Positions 10,194 to 23,100 are shown, numbered from the stretch's first letter. The stretch: DNA of 64,000 nt from Hypanus sabinus (GCF_030144855.1 NC_082717.1:3906001-3970000), one strand, 5' to 3'. Translations and numbers: made by a program. The notes: generated by a model not told the origin, from the letters alone.

Positions 10194-13100
10194 AGTTGAC
10201 GTGAATAGGCTGTTTCCATTGAGAGTAGGGGAGATTCAAACGAGAGGACATGATTTGAGAGTTAGGGGGCAGAAGTTTAAGGGAAACACGAGGGGGTATT
10301 TCTTTACTCAGAGAGTGATAGGTGTGTGGAATGAGCTTCCTGTAGAAGTAGTAGAGGCCAGTTCAGTTGTGTCATTTAAGGTAAAATTGGATAGGTATAT
10401 GGACAGGAAAGGAGTGGAGGGTTATGGGCTGAGTGCGGGTAGGTGGGACTAGGTAAGATTAAGAGTTCGGCACGGACTAGGAGGGCTGAGATGGCCTGTT
10501 TCCGTGCTGTGATTGTTATATGGTTATATGGTTATATATACTATATCATTATTAATCACTTAGTTATAGTAACCTTTATAAATTGTACTCATTTAATCGC
10601 ATATGATGTACTGTCTGTTTTTGGGCGAGGCGGGGATATCACACAGCATCCACACCAGCTGATTACCCAGTTTGGCGGGGCCAAAGGCTGCTCCCCCTAG
10701 ACGAAACAAACTGAGTGAGCCTGAGGAGACCCAGGGGGTTACATTGTGGGGGTGATTGTCCGGGGTTGATTTCTGTGGAAGCTGTGTGATCATCCTCTTT
10801 AAATTGTGTCTACGGCGAAGAGCTGGTGTGCCTTTGTGGGTGTGCGATTGCTGGTTATCACTGCATGTGTGTTGGGTGGGGTGGCTGCTGTTGGTAGCCT
10901 GGAGGTCGTTGTTCGAGTTCCGACTAGTGCTGACGAAATGGTGGAGGGACCATGGGTTGTCCGTACTGTTTGGAGAGTGAGGAGTGACAGGTTGGGATGT
11001 TTCAGCAGTGGTGGGCTCCGCCCGGTTGTTGGAATAATGTCCAGCCCTAAAGGGGCGGAGGCGTGGGCGGAGCGGACCTCTCAGTTGTTGGGTGAGTGGC
11101 AGTGCTTGGTTGAGGGAAAGCGACAGGGACGGGTTGAAAGTTTGAGTAGGCGGGCTGGTGACTTTGTTAGAACTGTCGGGCGCAATTACCTCGAAGTGAC
11201 AGCTGCCAGTTCTGGGAAAGTGTGGGAAAATGCGTGTGGTTCGACTGGAAGTCAAATGCCGCAGTTGGGGGGGCTTATCCTATCTGTGGCAGGAGATTGG
11301 TGGAAAGTTTTTAGGGTATCCCTTTTGCCTAGGGGGGCAGATAAATTGCTTGTGGTGCCAAGGGGATCTGTCAAGGGGATCAGTTGTTCCGTTGATTCAA
11401 GAGCTGTCGGGAAACTTAGAGGAGGCCCAGTGGGGGAACGGCTTGGGGTCTCTGGGGGAGCACGTTCCCAGCAATGTACCAACGAACTCCCGAAAGGAAC
11501 AGACTCTATTCCTGAAAGCTTAGAGGGGCCATGCGCACAGGTGTCGTTACGGATGGATGGAAGTCAAGTTAAAGCCATCCTCGGCACCGGGGCGCCGGTT
11601 AAGTTGCTGTACAGTTTGTTTTATAACCGTTATTGGAAGCACTTACCCTTGACGACATTGAGGGCACTGGAGAGTTGGGGTACCAGTGCCGGTGATTATC
11701 CAGACGACGGTTGTTGGTCAGTGAAAATGGAGTTCTTGGAGGCAAAAGTGCAGGTGACTGAGGTTCATGAATCGTTAATGCTGATGTGTCCGGGCCCTGT
11801 TGAAACGGGCAGTGTTTCTGTTCTAGAGAGAACCAATATCCTGCTGGTGCACTTGGGGGCCTGCCCGGAGGAGGCGGGTGAGCGCTGTTTGGAGGCATTG
11901 TCGATGCACCCAGAGTTTCGAGCTGCTTGTGCGGATGTGTTTAGCAGCATTGGGCCGATACTGAATTCAAACAAGAGCCGGTGGTGGTATGGCCTGGGGG
12001 AAGTATCTGAGGGTGAGACCCTCTTAGTGGACGCTGCGAAATACCACGAGGGAGAGGAGTTGACTGCTGAAGACACCTCGGAGAGAGAGAGGTTGTGGCG
12101 ACTGGCCCCTGAAGCCGTGGAAGACGTAGGCAGCGTGTGTGTGGATTATAGTGTGTTGAAGAGGTGCACTGTCAGTGACCAGAATATGGCCCTGAGGGCT
12201 GAAGAGGCGATGGCCTATCTGAGTGGTGCGACGTGGTTTAAGGTGCTGGATCTGAGGAGTGGATGTTGCCAGATCCCAATGAGTGAGGCCGACAAAGAGA
12301 AGACAGCCGTTATAAATTCCCTAGGAGTCTTCCGGTCCGAAAAGATGCCACAGGGCATATCTGGAGCCCTTGCAACCTTCCTGTGGGGCAGGTGGAAGAC
12401 CATAGGGGATGTGGAGGCATTTGGAGTTTTGGTGTATGTGGATGATCTCCTGGTATTTGGATTTGCCTCAGGAGAATATGAAGTGAGGTCGTTGCAGGAG
12501 CAGCTGAGAACTACCGAGTTAAAGTGTTTTCTGGACACGTGCCAGGGCTGGCGAAGGTCGCAGCTCGTGAGTGACTGTCTCTACGGAATCAAGTTTGAAA
12601 TGAAGACGGAGAGACTGGAGAAAGTGATCTGGAACCATTCGGAAGACTTACAAGTTGGAGAGAATGAATAAAGTTGTCTGACTGAGGGTAATAGCAAACT
12701 GAGAACCCGGAGAGGGGAGTTTGCGGAGGTGAAGAAATTACAGACAAATCTCAGAAGAGGGAAGCGGAAGCTTGAAGGGAACCTGAAGATGACCATCGAC
12801 AGTTCAAATGAAGTGCAAAACCTGAAAGTTGATCTGGAAGTCATGAGGAAGAAAAAGCTGGAGAGAAGTGCAGTGAATACTGAACAGGAGGCTGAAGAGA
12901 CTGCAGGAGCAGTGCAGGCCATGTGTTTCCGTTTGGAGAAGATCAAACAGCAGCTACCGATCACAGAAATGAGGAAGAATACAGATTGGATGGATGATAT
13001 GCTGGATGTGTGGTACATGCTGCCTTTTGCTGACTTTCCCTCGATTGAGGAGGAGACCTTTGGCCCTTCTCCCACTGAGTCAGGTGTAGCGGGGAGGGTT

Positions 13101-13396
13101 AGCTGTGTGCAGTGTGGGGCATGAGTGAGAGGTTGAGAGAGGAGTTGGTAGTGGGCCCAAGGTATCCCCAGTTGTGTCCAAGCCTGAAGGGTTTAGGTGA
13201 GGGGGTACGGAGGTCTCAGAAGGGTTAGGGAACTCCCAGATAGTTGGCCTAAGTAGCGCCTGAGGAACAGGGTGCGAGGTTTACTGTGTGGGGAGGAGAT
13301 GTCACTGTTTGTGCTGTTTGTACTGTGTGTTGGCAGGAAAGGTGGCGAGTTATTTGATAGTCATGAGGACATGACTTTTATTTGGTGGGGGGAGAG

Positions 13397-14178
13397 TGTA
13401 AAGGGGGTTTCTTTTTTTTTCTTTGTTACTGTTGGGAAAGGGCTTCTTTGTTTTGTTAAAAGCAGGAATGTTTCTTTGTTGCGAGAGAGTGCTGGGAGAA
13501 TTGTATTCCTTTGTAAACCAAATGGGGATTAATGTTCTTTCTTCTGAGTCTGTAAGCTTTTGTTGACGGGCTTTTAGGCAGGTCGGCGCAAGGGGGTTGA
13601 GAGAGAGGACGCAATGCTGTAAGCTGGGCGAGGAATGGACCCCGTGGGGGTCCGAGGCCAGGAGGTACTCTGAGGAGGGGGGATGAAGCCAGATGTGCTT
13701 GGTTGACCACTCGGAGGGTCCTGAGCTGTGAGTCGAGGAGTTTGGAGGGTCCTGAGCTGTGAGTCGAGGAGTTTGGAGGGTCCTGAGCTGTGAGTCAAGG
13801 AGTTCAGAGGGTCCTGAGCTGCGAGTCGAGGAGTTCGGAGGGTTCTGAGCTGTGAGTCGAGGAGTTCGGAGGGGATCGAATGGTGGCCAGAAGACTTCAG
13901 TAATTGAGCTCCAATGGTTGTGCACGAAGTGGTTTGGACTTTGATAAGTTTGGCGCCTTTTCTTTATTTTTTCTCTTCATATATACTGTATCATTATTAA
14001 TCACTTAGTTACAGTAACCTTTATAAATTGTACTCATTTAATCGCTTATGGTGTACTGTCTGTTTTTGGGCGAGGCGGGGACATCACACAGCATCCACAC
14101 CAGCTGATTACCCAGTTTGGCGGGGCCGAAGGCTGCTCCCCCTAGACAAGAATGGGCTGAGCGACCTAGGGGGTTACA
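13397..14178 (+). repeat. 3' LTR of the Gypsy-derived element
   Basis: Direct repeat of 5337-5799 plus about 10536-10743, with TGTAA/TTACA termini. Confidence 0.85.
13712..13866 (+). repeat. 31-bp tandem repeat, 5 copies, inside the 3' LTR
   Basis: Unit CGGAGGGTCCTGAGCTGTGAGTCGAGGAGTT; a single copy is present in the 5' LTR at about 5654. Confidence 0.9.
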
Positions 14179-14436
14179 TGCGAAAAAGGGAGTGTCTTTT
14201 GTGGGTTGATATTCCTGTTCTGTTTTGTGTGTTAGAGCATGCTTTGAATGTTTAAAAATCAGGATGGCATTCTTTTTTGTACGGGGGGGGGGGCAGTGGT
14301 GGTGGCAGTGAGTTTGATGTTTCTTTCTGAACAACTTTTATATTCTTTCCTTATTTCATGGTTATCTGGAGAAGACAAATTTCAGAGTTGTATGTGAATA
14401 CGTGCTTTGATAGTAAATGAAACTTCGAATCTTTAC

Positions 14437-14554
14437 ATTTTCCATTGCTGACCATTCCTTCAGGTAAGAGCTGGCTGTGAAACCTTGTATCGGTATGATC
14501 CCTTTACGTTTACTCCTGTATTCGACCCGGTAGATCTCTGAGCCATCAGGATGA
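14437..14554 (-). CDS. Candidate exon of an unidentified gene
   Basis: Acceptor tcttgtgtttctgcAG; open frame HPDGSEIYRVEYRSKRKGIIPIQGFTASSYLKEWSAMEN; weak donor GTAAAG. Confidence 0.3.
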
Positions 14555-15369
14555 CTGCAGAAACACAAGAGTTCTCGTCACCACCACCTTTTCACAGACA
14601 ATTGAACACTGATGAACACAGCACAGGGACAAGCCATGCTGTTCACCGTGATACCAAATTGAACAACTCTCATTCTGCTGAACTGCTTCTCTACCCTTTC
14701 CAAACCTCCACCTCCCTCCCATAACGTGGTCACCAGAAATCCAACTGGCCATCAGCAGGGGAATGGAGGGTCACTGAGCCTGGGCAGAACAGCAGCTCAT
14801 CATGGACTAGATGGGCCAAAGGGCCAGAGTACTCTGTGATTCCCTGGGGTCCTGCGATTGACTGTAAATGACAGAGTTGCACAACTGAGCATTCCAGTAT
14901 CAAAATCCCATTGTTTAATTCATAAATACACACAGAATTTTATTTCATTAAGGTAAGACACTTTGACAGTAATATCAATATTTGCAAGCAATCTACACAC
15001 AGCTTTTGTTGTCAAAATTAATTCTTTGCCCAATGCAAACTGAGGGAGTAAACTCATTATCTAAAAGCATAATACATGCCTCATATTGCAGCACTAACTG
15101 AGCTGAAGAAGTCTCACCCACCTTCTTATAGTACTGGCAGTTGTCAAGGGTTTGCGTCACAAGAAATTGCTATATGTTCTGTTTTCCACAAATACAAGCT
15201 GCCCACACCCCCTAGCCCCTGTAATACGGGGGTTGTCTGTATTTAGTTACAAAATGTTCTGCAAAGTTTGAAAATGGCAATATTTTCCGAGGACCCTTTC
15301 AGGTTGTGGGGTGCCAGTGCAGATTAGCTCCCACTCACTGTTAAATGCCCCCAATATCATGTGTGTCAG

Positions 15370-16630
15370 TATATTTGGACCTTCAGAAGACCTTTGACAA
15401 GGTGCCACACAAGAGGCTGCTCATCATGTTAAGAGCCCATGGTATTCCAGATAACATGGTTAGAGCATTGGCTGATTGGTAGGAGGCAGTGAGTGGGAAT
15501 AAAAGGATCCTTTTCTGGTTGAGTGCCAGTGACTAGTGGTGTTCTATAGGGGTCAGTGCTGGAACCGCTTCTTTTTATGCTGTATATAAATGATTTAGAT
15601 GATGGAATAGATGACTTTGTTGCCAGGTTTGCTGATGATACGAAGATTGGTAAAGGGCCTGGTAGTGTTGAGGGAACAGATAGTCAAGCAGTAGGACTTA
15701 AAATTGGAGGAATGGGCAACAAAGTGGTAAATGAAATACAATGTTGGAAAATGCATGGTCATGCACTTTGGTAGAAGAAATAAATGTGCAGACTATTTTT
15801 TAAATGGGGAGAAAATCCAAAAATCTGAGGCTTAAAGAGACTTGGGAGTCCTTGTGCAGAACACTAAAGGTTAACTTGCAGGTGTAATCGCTGGTGAGAA
15901 AAGCAAGTGCAATCTTATCAATCATTTCAAGAGATCTAGAATCCAAGAGCAGGGATGTGATGCTGAGGTTTTACAAGACACTGGTGAGGCCTCACCTTGA
16001 GTATTGTGAACAGTTTTGGTCCCTTACCTAAGAAACCATGTACTATCATTGGAGAGGGTCCAGAGGAGGTTCACAGGGATGCTTCCGGGAATGAAAGGGT
16101 TATCATATAAGGAGCATTTGGTGCCTCTGGGTCTGTACTCACTGGAATTTAGAAGGCTAAGGGGGATCCCATTGTAAACATTTTGTATGTTAAAAGGTCT
16201 AGACAGAGTGGATGTGGAAAGGATGTTTCCCATGGTGGGGGAGTCTAGGACAAGAGCGCACAGCCTCAGGAGGGAGGGTTGTCAACTTAAAAGAGAGGTG
16301 CAGAGAAATATCTTTAGCCAGAGATTGGTGAGCTTGTGGAATTTATTACCACAGGCAGCTGGGGACACCAGGTCATTAAAACAGAGATGTAGAGAAATTT
16401 CTTTAGTCAGAGGGTGGTGAATTTATGGAATTTATTACCACGGCTGCTGTGGAGGCCAGATCATTGGGTGTATTTAAGGCAGAGATTGATAGGTTCTTGA
16501 TTGGACAAGACATCAAATGTTACGGGGAGAAGGCCAGAGAATGGGGCTGAGGAGGAGAAGAAGAATCAGCCATGATTGAATGGCAGAGCAGACTCGGCAG
16601 GTCAAATGGCCTAATTCAGCTCCTATGTCT
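15370..16630 (+). mobile_element. Degenerate CR1 3' portion
   Basis: Fragments FADDTKIG and LDRVDVERMFP. Confidence 0.85.
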
Positions 16631-17366
16631 TGAGGCCTCAAATAGCCTCTGACAACCAAGTCCAACTTCTGGTCTTCACCTGTGGCTTAGCTACTGAGCC
16701 CAATGGAACCGTTTCTACTGAGAGGAGAAGGGGCAAGGGCAGTTATCTACAGAGAGAGGGGGAGCCAGGGTTGGGATAAATATGTACCTGGATAATAGAT
16801 TTACTTTAGCCTTGCAGAAAAATCCAGAATTAGCATCACCGGTTAAAAATAAAAATCATCCATTTTATTTGGAGAGGAGGTGATTTTTTTCTCTCTGATG
16901 GTTGAGGTTTTGGATCTCTCTTCCACAAAGGATTCTGGAAGTAGAGCCTTGCAGTCTTTAAAACAGAGACAGATGGTCCCTTGATAAGCAAAGGGAAGAA
17001 AAGTTATGGTAGGAGATGGGATCTTGGAGTCGCAGTTACAATTGAACCACCGTGACCTTAATAAACAAGAGGGCAGGTCTGAGGGTAAATTGTTAAACTG
17101 GTTTATCGTCACCACATGTACTGAGGTAGAGTGAAGAACATACACACTGTTCACACAGATCAAATCGTTACCATAGTGCACTGAGGTAGGACAAAATAAA
17201 CCAATAACAGAGTGAAGAATAAAGTGTGACGGACACAGAGAGAGTGCAGTGCAGACAGACAATAGAGTAGAAAGCCATTCCTTTGGATTTATCTGCTGTG
17301 TGGAGAGGGGGAGCCCGCTGCCCAGGCAACAACTTTCTCCATATCGCACTGCCACGGCTTACTTAC

Positions 17367-17548
17367 TGCCTTGTGTATCCAACCCAGACAGCTGGGATGC
17401 AACATCCATGATCCACTCGGACGGGACCTCCATTTTCCCGGTTGGATCCGGATATATTTTGATCCATTCTTTATTGACGTCGGAAGCAGGATAAATCTGA
17501 TCCTGTCTGTTCAGTGTATTTGGAGTTTCAGAAGCCATTGAATAAGCA
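17367..17548 (-). CDS. Candidate internal exon of an unidentified gene
   Basis: Non-repetitive-looking open frame AYSMASETPNTLNRQDQIYPASDVNKEWIKIYPDPTGKMEVPSEWIMDVASQLSGLDTQG ending at a GTAAGT donor; the acceptor ttgtacAG is moderate. Confidence 0.4.
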
Positions 17549-18229
17549 CTGTACAATTTTAAAGGATTGTCAGGTAGTGGAGACAGGCATAAATGGGTCA
17601 TTCCTCCATGGGAGGAATGTAGGTGTTGAACAAAGCGGTTGCCCCATCTGGGCCTGTTCTCACTGATGTAGGGGAGGCCCAGGTGCAACCACTAACGCTG
17701 GAGGAGATGCAATAATGCCCACCTCATAGGGGAAGGGTTGGTTCCGGCCCTGGATGGTGGTGAGGGTGGACGTGGAAGTGAAGCCACATTTGGAGTTTTG
17801 TTGCAGGAAAGATGTCATTCAATGGAAAAAAGGAGTGGAGGATATTGTTGGGACTCAAGAGTCTGAGTTATAAGACCATAAGATATCGACGCAGAAGTAG
17901 GCCATTTGGCCCATTCAGTTTGCTCCGCCATTCAATCATGGGCTGATCCAATTCGTCCAGTCATCCCCACTCCCCTGCCTTCTCCCCATACCCTTTGATG
18001 CCCTGGCTAATCAGGAACTTACCTATTTCTGCCTTAAATACACCCAATGACTTGGCCTCCACAGATTCCACAGATTTGCCACCCTCTGACTAAAGTGATT
18101 TCCTTGCATCTCAGTTCTAAAAGGACGTCCTTCAATCCTGAAGTTGCAACCTCTTGTCCTAGAGTCATAATAACATAAGAACATCAGAAATAGAAGCAGC
18201 AGTAGGCCATCCGGCCCATTTTTAAAAAT

Positions 18230-21200
18230 CGAATCGAGAGGCTGAGAGTGGAAGGCTGAAGCATCGCCGAGGGAAGGTCGTTTTTCTTTTCTTTAACTGA
18301 TCGGGGAAAAGAGGCTCTACTGCGCAGGCGCGTGACGTAGCGCACCAAGATTTAAAAGGGAGACCGCCATACACAGCGGCCATCGTTGGAGTGGCTGAGT
18401 CGGAATGGGACGGCTTTGGCTAAATCAGGATCGGCGAGAAACAGGCAGAGTCGAGGGTAGGTTCCGGTAAGTTTCTGTTTTTCTTTTTTGGTTCAGACTA
18501 GAGAATATGCCAGGCAGGACATTGGAATGCTCCTCTTGCAGGATGTGGGAAGTCAGGGAGACCTCCAGTGTCCCTGACAACGATACCTGCAAGAAGTGCA
18601 TCCAGCTGCAGCTCCTAATAAACCGCGTTAGGGAACTGGAGCTGGAGCTGGATGACCTCCGGATCATTCGGGAGACTGAACAGTTTATAGATAGTAGCTT
18701 CCAGGAGGTAGTTACACTTAAGGAACAGGGCACAGGTAATTGGGTTACCATCAGGCGAGGGAAGGGGAAAGGGCAGGTAGTGCAGGTTTCCCCTGTGGCC
18801 ATTCCCCTCAACAACAGGTATACCGATTTGGATACTGTTGGAGGGGATGGCTTACCTGGGACAAGCTGTGGCAGCTGGATCTCTGGCACTGAGTCTGGTT
18901 CTGCAGTGCAGAAGGGAGGGAGGAAGAAGAGGAGAGCGGTAGTGATAGGGGACTCCATAGTCAGGGGTACAGACAGAAGGATCTGTGGTCGTGACAGAGA
19001 CTCCCGGATGGTTTGTTGCCTCCTGGGTGCCAGGGTCAGGGATGTCTCTGATTGCTTGCACAGTACTCTGAGGTGGGAGGGTGATCAGCCAGATGTCGTG
19101 GTACACATCAGTACCAATGATGTAGGTAGAAAGAGTCAGGAGGTCCTGAAGAGTGAGTACAGAGAGCTTGGTAGGAAGTTGAAAAGCAGGACCTCGAGGG
19201 TAGTAATCTCTGGATTGCTGCCTGTGCCATGTGCCAGTGAGGGTAAGAGTAGGATGCTCTGGCAGATGAACACGTGGCTGAGAAACTGGTGTAGAGGCAG
19301 GGTTTCAGATTTCTAGATCATTGGGACCTCTTTTGCTGGTCAGGGAAAATGTTACAGCAGTGCTCAGGCAGGACAGATTAGCGGGCTTGTCTACTGAGGC
19401 CATATGGGTGGAGCTGAGAAACAGGAAAGGTATGACCACATTAATAGGGTTGTATTATAGACCACCAAATGGTCAGCAAGAATTGGAGGAGCAAATCTGC
19501 AGAGTGATAACAGACAACTGCAGGAGACAGAAAGTTGTGATTGTAGGGGATTTTAATTTTCCACACATTGATTAGGACTCCCATACTGTTAAAGGTCTAG
19601 ATGGGTTAGAGTTTGTGAAATGTGTTCAGGAAAGTTTTCTAAATCAATATATAGATGTTCCAACTAGGGAGGATGCAATATTAGATCTCCTATTAGGAAA
19701 TGAGTTAGGGCAGGTGACAGAAGTATGTGTAGGGGAACACTTTGGTTCCAGTGATCATAACGTCATTAGTTTCAACTTGATCATGGATAAAGATAGATCT
19801 GGTCCTCGGGTTGAAGTTCTAAACTGGAAAAAGGCCAAATTTGAAGAAATGAGAAAGGATCTAAAAAGTGTAGATTGGGATAGGTTGTTCTCTGGCAAGG
19901 ATGTGATTGGTAAGTGGGAGGCCTTCAAAGGAGAAATTTTGAGAGTGCAGAGTTTGTATGTTCCTGTCGGGGTTAAAGGAAAAATGAATAAGAATAAGGA
20001 AACTTGGTTCTCGAGGGATATTTGAACTCTGATAAAGAAGAAGAGAGAGATGTATAACATGTATAGGCAACAGGGAGGAAATAAGATGCTTGAGGAGTAT
20101 AAAAAGAGTAAGAAAATACTTAAGAAAGAAATCAGGAGGGCTAAAAGAAGACATGAGGTTGCTTTGACAGTCAGGGTGAAGGATAATCCAAGGAGCTTCT
20201 ACAGGTATGTTAAGAGCAAAAGGATAGTAAGGGATAAAATTGGTCCTCTTGAAGATCAGAGTGGTCGGCTATGCATGGAACCAAAAGAAATGGGAGAGAT
20301 ATTAAATGGGTTTTTTGCATCTGTATTTACTAAGGAAACTGAAATGGAGTCTATGGAAACAAGGCAAACAAGTAGTGAGGTCATGGAACTTATACAGATT
20401 AAAGAGGAGGAGGTGCTTGCTGTCTTGAGGCAAATCAGAGTAGATAAATCCCCAGGACCTGACAGGGTATTCCCTTGGACCTTGAGGGAAACTAGTGTTG
20501 AAATTGCAGGAGCCCTGGCAGAAATATTTAAAATGTCGATATCCACAGGTCAAGTGTCGGAGGATTGGAGGTTAGCTCATGTAGTTCCGTTGTTTAAAAA
20601 AGGCTCAAAAAGTAAATCGGGTAATTATAGGCTGGTAAGTTTGACATCGGTAGTAGGTAAATTATTGGAAGGAATACTAAGAGATAGGATCTATAAGTAT
20701 TTGGATAGACAGGGACTTATTAGAAAAAGTCAGCATGGCTTTGTGTGTGGTAGGTCATGTTTAACCAATCTATTAGAGTTTTTTGAGGAAGTTACCAAGA
20801 AAGTGGATGAAGGGAAGGCAGTGGATGTTGTATACATGGACTTCCGTAAGGCCTGTGACAAGGTCCCGCATGGGAGGTTATTTAGGAAGATTCAGTCGCC
20901 AGGTATACATGGAGAGGTAGTAAATTGGATTAGACATTGGCTCAATGGAAGAAGCCAGAGAGTGGTAGTGGAGGATTGCTACTCTGAGTGGAGGCCTGTG
21001 TCTAGTGGTGTGCCACAGGGATCAGTGCTGGGTTCATTGTTATTTGTCATCTATATCAATGATCTGGATGATAATATGGTAAATTGGATCAACAAATTTG
21101 CTGATGATACAAAGATTGGAGGTGTAGTGGACATGAGGAAGGTTTTCAAAGCATGCAGAGGGATTTGGACCAGTTGGAGGAATGGGCAGAAAAATGGCAG

Positions 21201-22010
21201 ATGGAGTTTAATGTGGACAAGTGTTAGGTATTGCACATTGGAAGGTCAAACCAAGGTAGAACATACAAGGAAAATGGTAGGACACTGAGGAGTGCAGTAG
21301 AACAGAGGGATCTGGAAGTACAGATACATAATTCCCTAAAAGTTGCATCACAGGTAGATAGGGTAGTAAAGAGAGCTTTTGGTACATTGGCCTTTATAAA
21401 TCAAAGTATTGAGTATAAGAGTTGGAATGTAATGGTGAGGTCGTATAAGACATTGGTGCGACCCAATTTGGAGTATTGTGTGCAGTTTTGGTCACCTAAT
21501 TCCAGGAAGGATATTAATAAGGTTGAAAGAGTGCAAAGAAGGTTTACAAGGATGTTACTGGGACTTGAGAAACTGAGTTACAGAGAAAGATTAAATAGGT
21601 TAGGACTTTATTCCCTGGAGTGTAGGAGAATGAGGGGTGATTTGCCAGAGGTGTATAAAATTATGATGGGTATAGATAGAGTGAATGCAAGCAGGCTTTT
21701 TCCACTGGGGCTAGGGGAGAAAAAAAACCGGAGGCCATGGGTTAAGGGTGAAGAAGGAAAAGTTTAAAGGGAACATTGGGGGGGGGCTTCTTAACGCAGA
21801 GAGCGGTGGGAGTGTGGAATGAGCTGCCAGATGAAATGGTGAATGCGGGCTCACTTTTGACATTTAAGAAAAATTTGGACAGGTATATGGATGAGAGGGG
21901 TTTGGAGGGATATGGCCCAGGCGCAGATCAGTGGAACTAGGCAGAAAATGGTTCGGCACAGCCAAGAAGGGCCAAAAGGCCTGTTTCTGTGCTGTAATGT
22001 TCTATGGTTC
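18230..22010 (+). mobile_element. Near full-length degenerate CR1 with an internal deletion at the ORF1/ORF2 junction
   Basis: ORF1 18507-19316 (CSSC/CKKC, GDSIVRG) followed by ORF2 pieces 19321-21770 with FADD. Confidence 0.9.
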
Positions 22011-22879
22011 TATCAAGCCTGCTCCACCATTCAATGGCTGATCTGTCCATAAACTCTGCTCCATCTACCTGCCTTTTCCCCATAAATCTTAATTCCCTTA
22101 CTATGTAAAAACCTATCTAATTGATTCTTAAATATGTTTAGTGAGGAAGCCTCAACTGCTTCCTTGGGCAGAGAATTCCACAGATTCACCACTCTCTGGG
22201 AAAAACAGTTTCTCTTCATTTCCGTACTAAATCTTCACCCCTGAATCTTGAGGCTATGTCCCCTAGTTCTAGTCTCACCTACCAATGGAAACAACTTTCC
22301 TACTTCTATCTTATCTATCCCTTTCAAAATTTTGTATGTTTCCATAATGGGAAATAACTTTGCCATATCAGATCTTTTAACATTCAGAATGTTTCTGTGG
22401 GATCCCCCCCAATCTCCTGAACTCCAAGGAATACAGCCCAGGAGGTTCCAGGCGTTCCTCATATGGTAACCCTTTCATTCCTGGAATCTTTCTTGTATGG
22501 TGAGGTGTTGAGCAGGTTGGGACTTTATTTATCGCAGCGCAGGAGACTGAGGGGTGTACAGGGAGCAGAGATACTCAGTGTGCTGAGTCCTTTTCCCAGA
22601 ATTAGAGAGCACAGGTTTCAATGTGAGAGGGGAGAAATTTAATAGGAACCTGAGGGGCAATGTTTCTATCCAGAGAATGGCCAGTATATGAAATGAACTG
22701 CCAGGGCAAGTGGTTGAGGAAGGTACATTAATGATATTTAAAAGTCATTTGTTCAGGTATATGGATAGAAAAGGTCTGGATATTTTTGAGCCATACATGG
22801 ACAAGTGGAACTAGGTTAGATGGGAATCTTGGTCAACATGGATTGGAGAGGCTGAATGGTCTGTTTCCATTCTGTTTGA

Positions 22880-23100
22880 CTGTGAACTTGTGAGGAGGTT
22901 TGGTTTCCAGCAGTTGCAGGGGAAAGCCCCTGGGGATGGGAAGAAATGGATGGGGAGAGATGGACAGACCAGGAAGTTGTAGACCCTGTGGAAAGCAGAA
23001 AGGGGTGGGGAGGGGAGGACGTGGTGATTGTAGGATCACGTTGTAGTTGATGGAAGTTGAGCAGTTGCGATGTTCCGGAGTCCCATGTGCTGATTTTTAC
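22880..23100 (-). mobile_element. Penelope-like element fragment
   Basis: The minus strand resembles the Penelope RT C-terminal segment also seen at 36.8-36.9 kb (PPPHPFLLSTG...). Confidence 0.55.

Larger units (their letters stand above)
5800..10535 (+). mobile_element. CR1 3' fragment (5800-6018 plus 10194-10535) split by a younger CR1
   Basis: The two halves rejoin as ...GATAGAGTT|GACGTGAATAGG, matching the intact copy at 53761; the fragment ends in a (TATATGGT)n tail. Confidence 0.88.
5337..14178 (+). mobile_element. Degenerate Gypsy-derived LTR element whose 5' LTR is interrupted by nested CR1s
   Basis: Both LTRs run TGTAA...TTACA: 3' LTR 13397-14178, 5' LTR 5337-5799 plus about 10536-10743. 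A PBS-like sequence follows 10743 and a polypurine tract lies at about 13385-13396. ORF 10806-12671 has decayed protease (AILGTGA) and RT motifs ([22 protein letters not shown]); no RNaseH or integrase was seen. Confidence 0.85.

Noticed and set aside
10593-11255. 220-aa minus-strand ORF and many other short antisense ORFs in the track
   Set aside because: They are shadow frames of LTR, CR1 or Penelope sequence with no independent motifs.
13712-13866. CRISPR-like array (also considered for 33304-33533)
   Set aside because: These are head-to-tail repeats with no unique spacers, in eukaryotic TE context.
15328-15380. Phase 1/1 exon candidate PNILTHMILGAFN
   Set aside because: Its acceptor and about half its body are the edge of a CR1 fragment.
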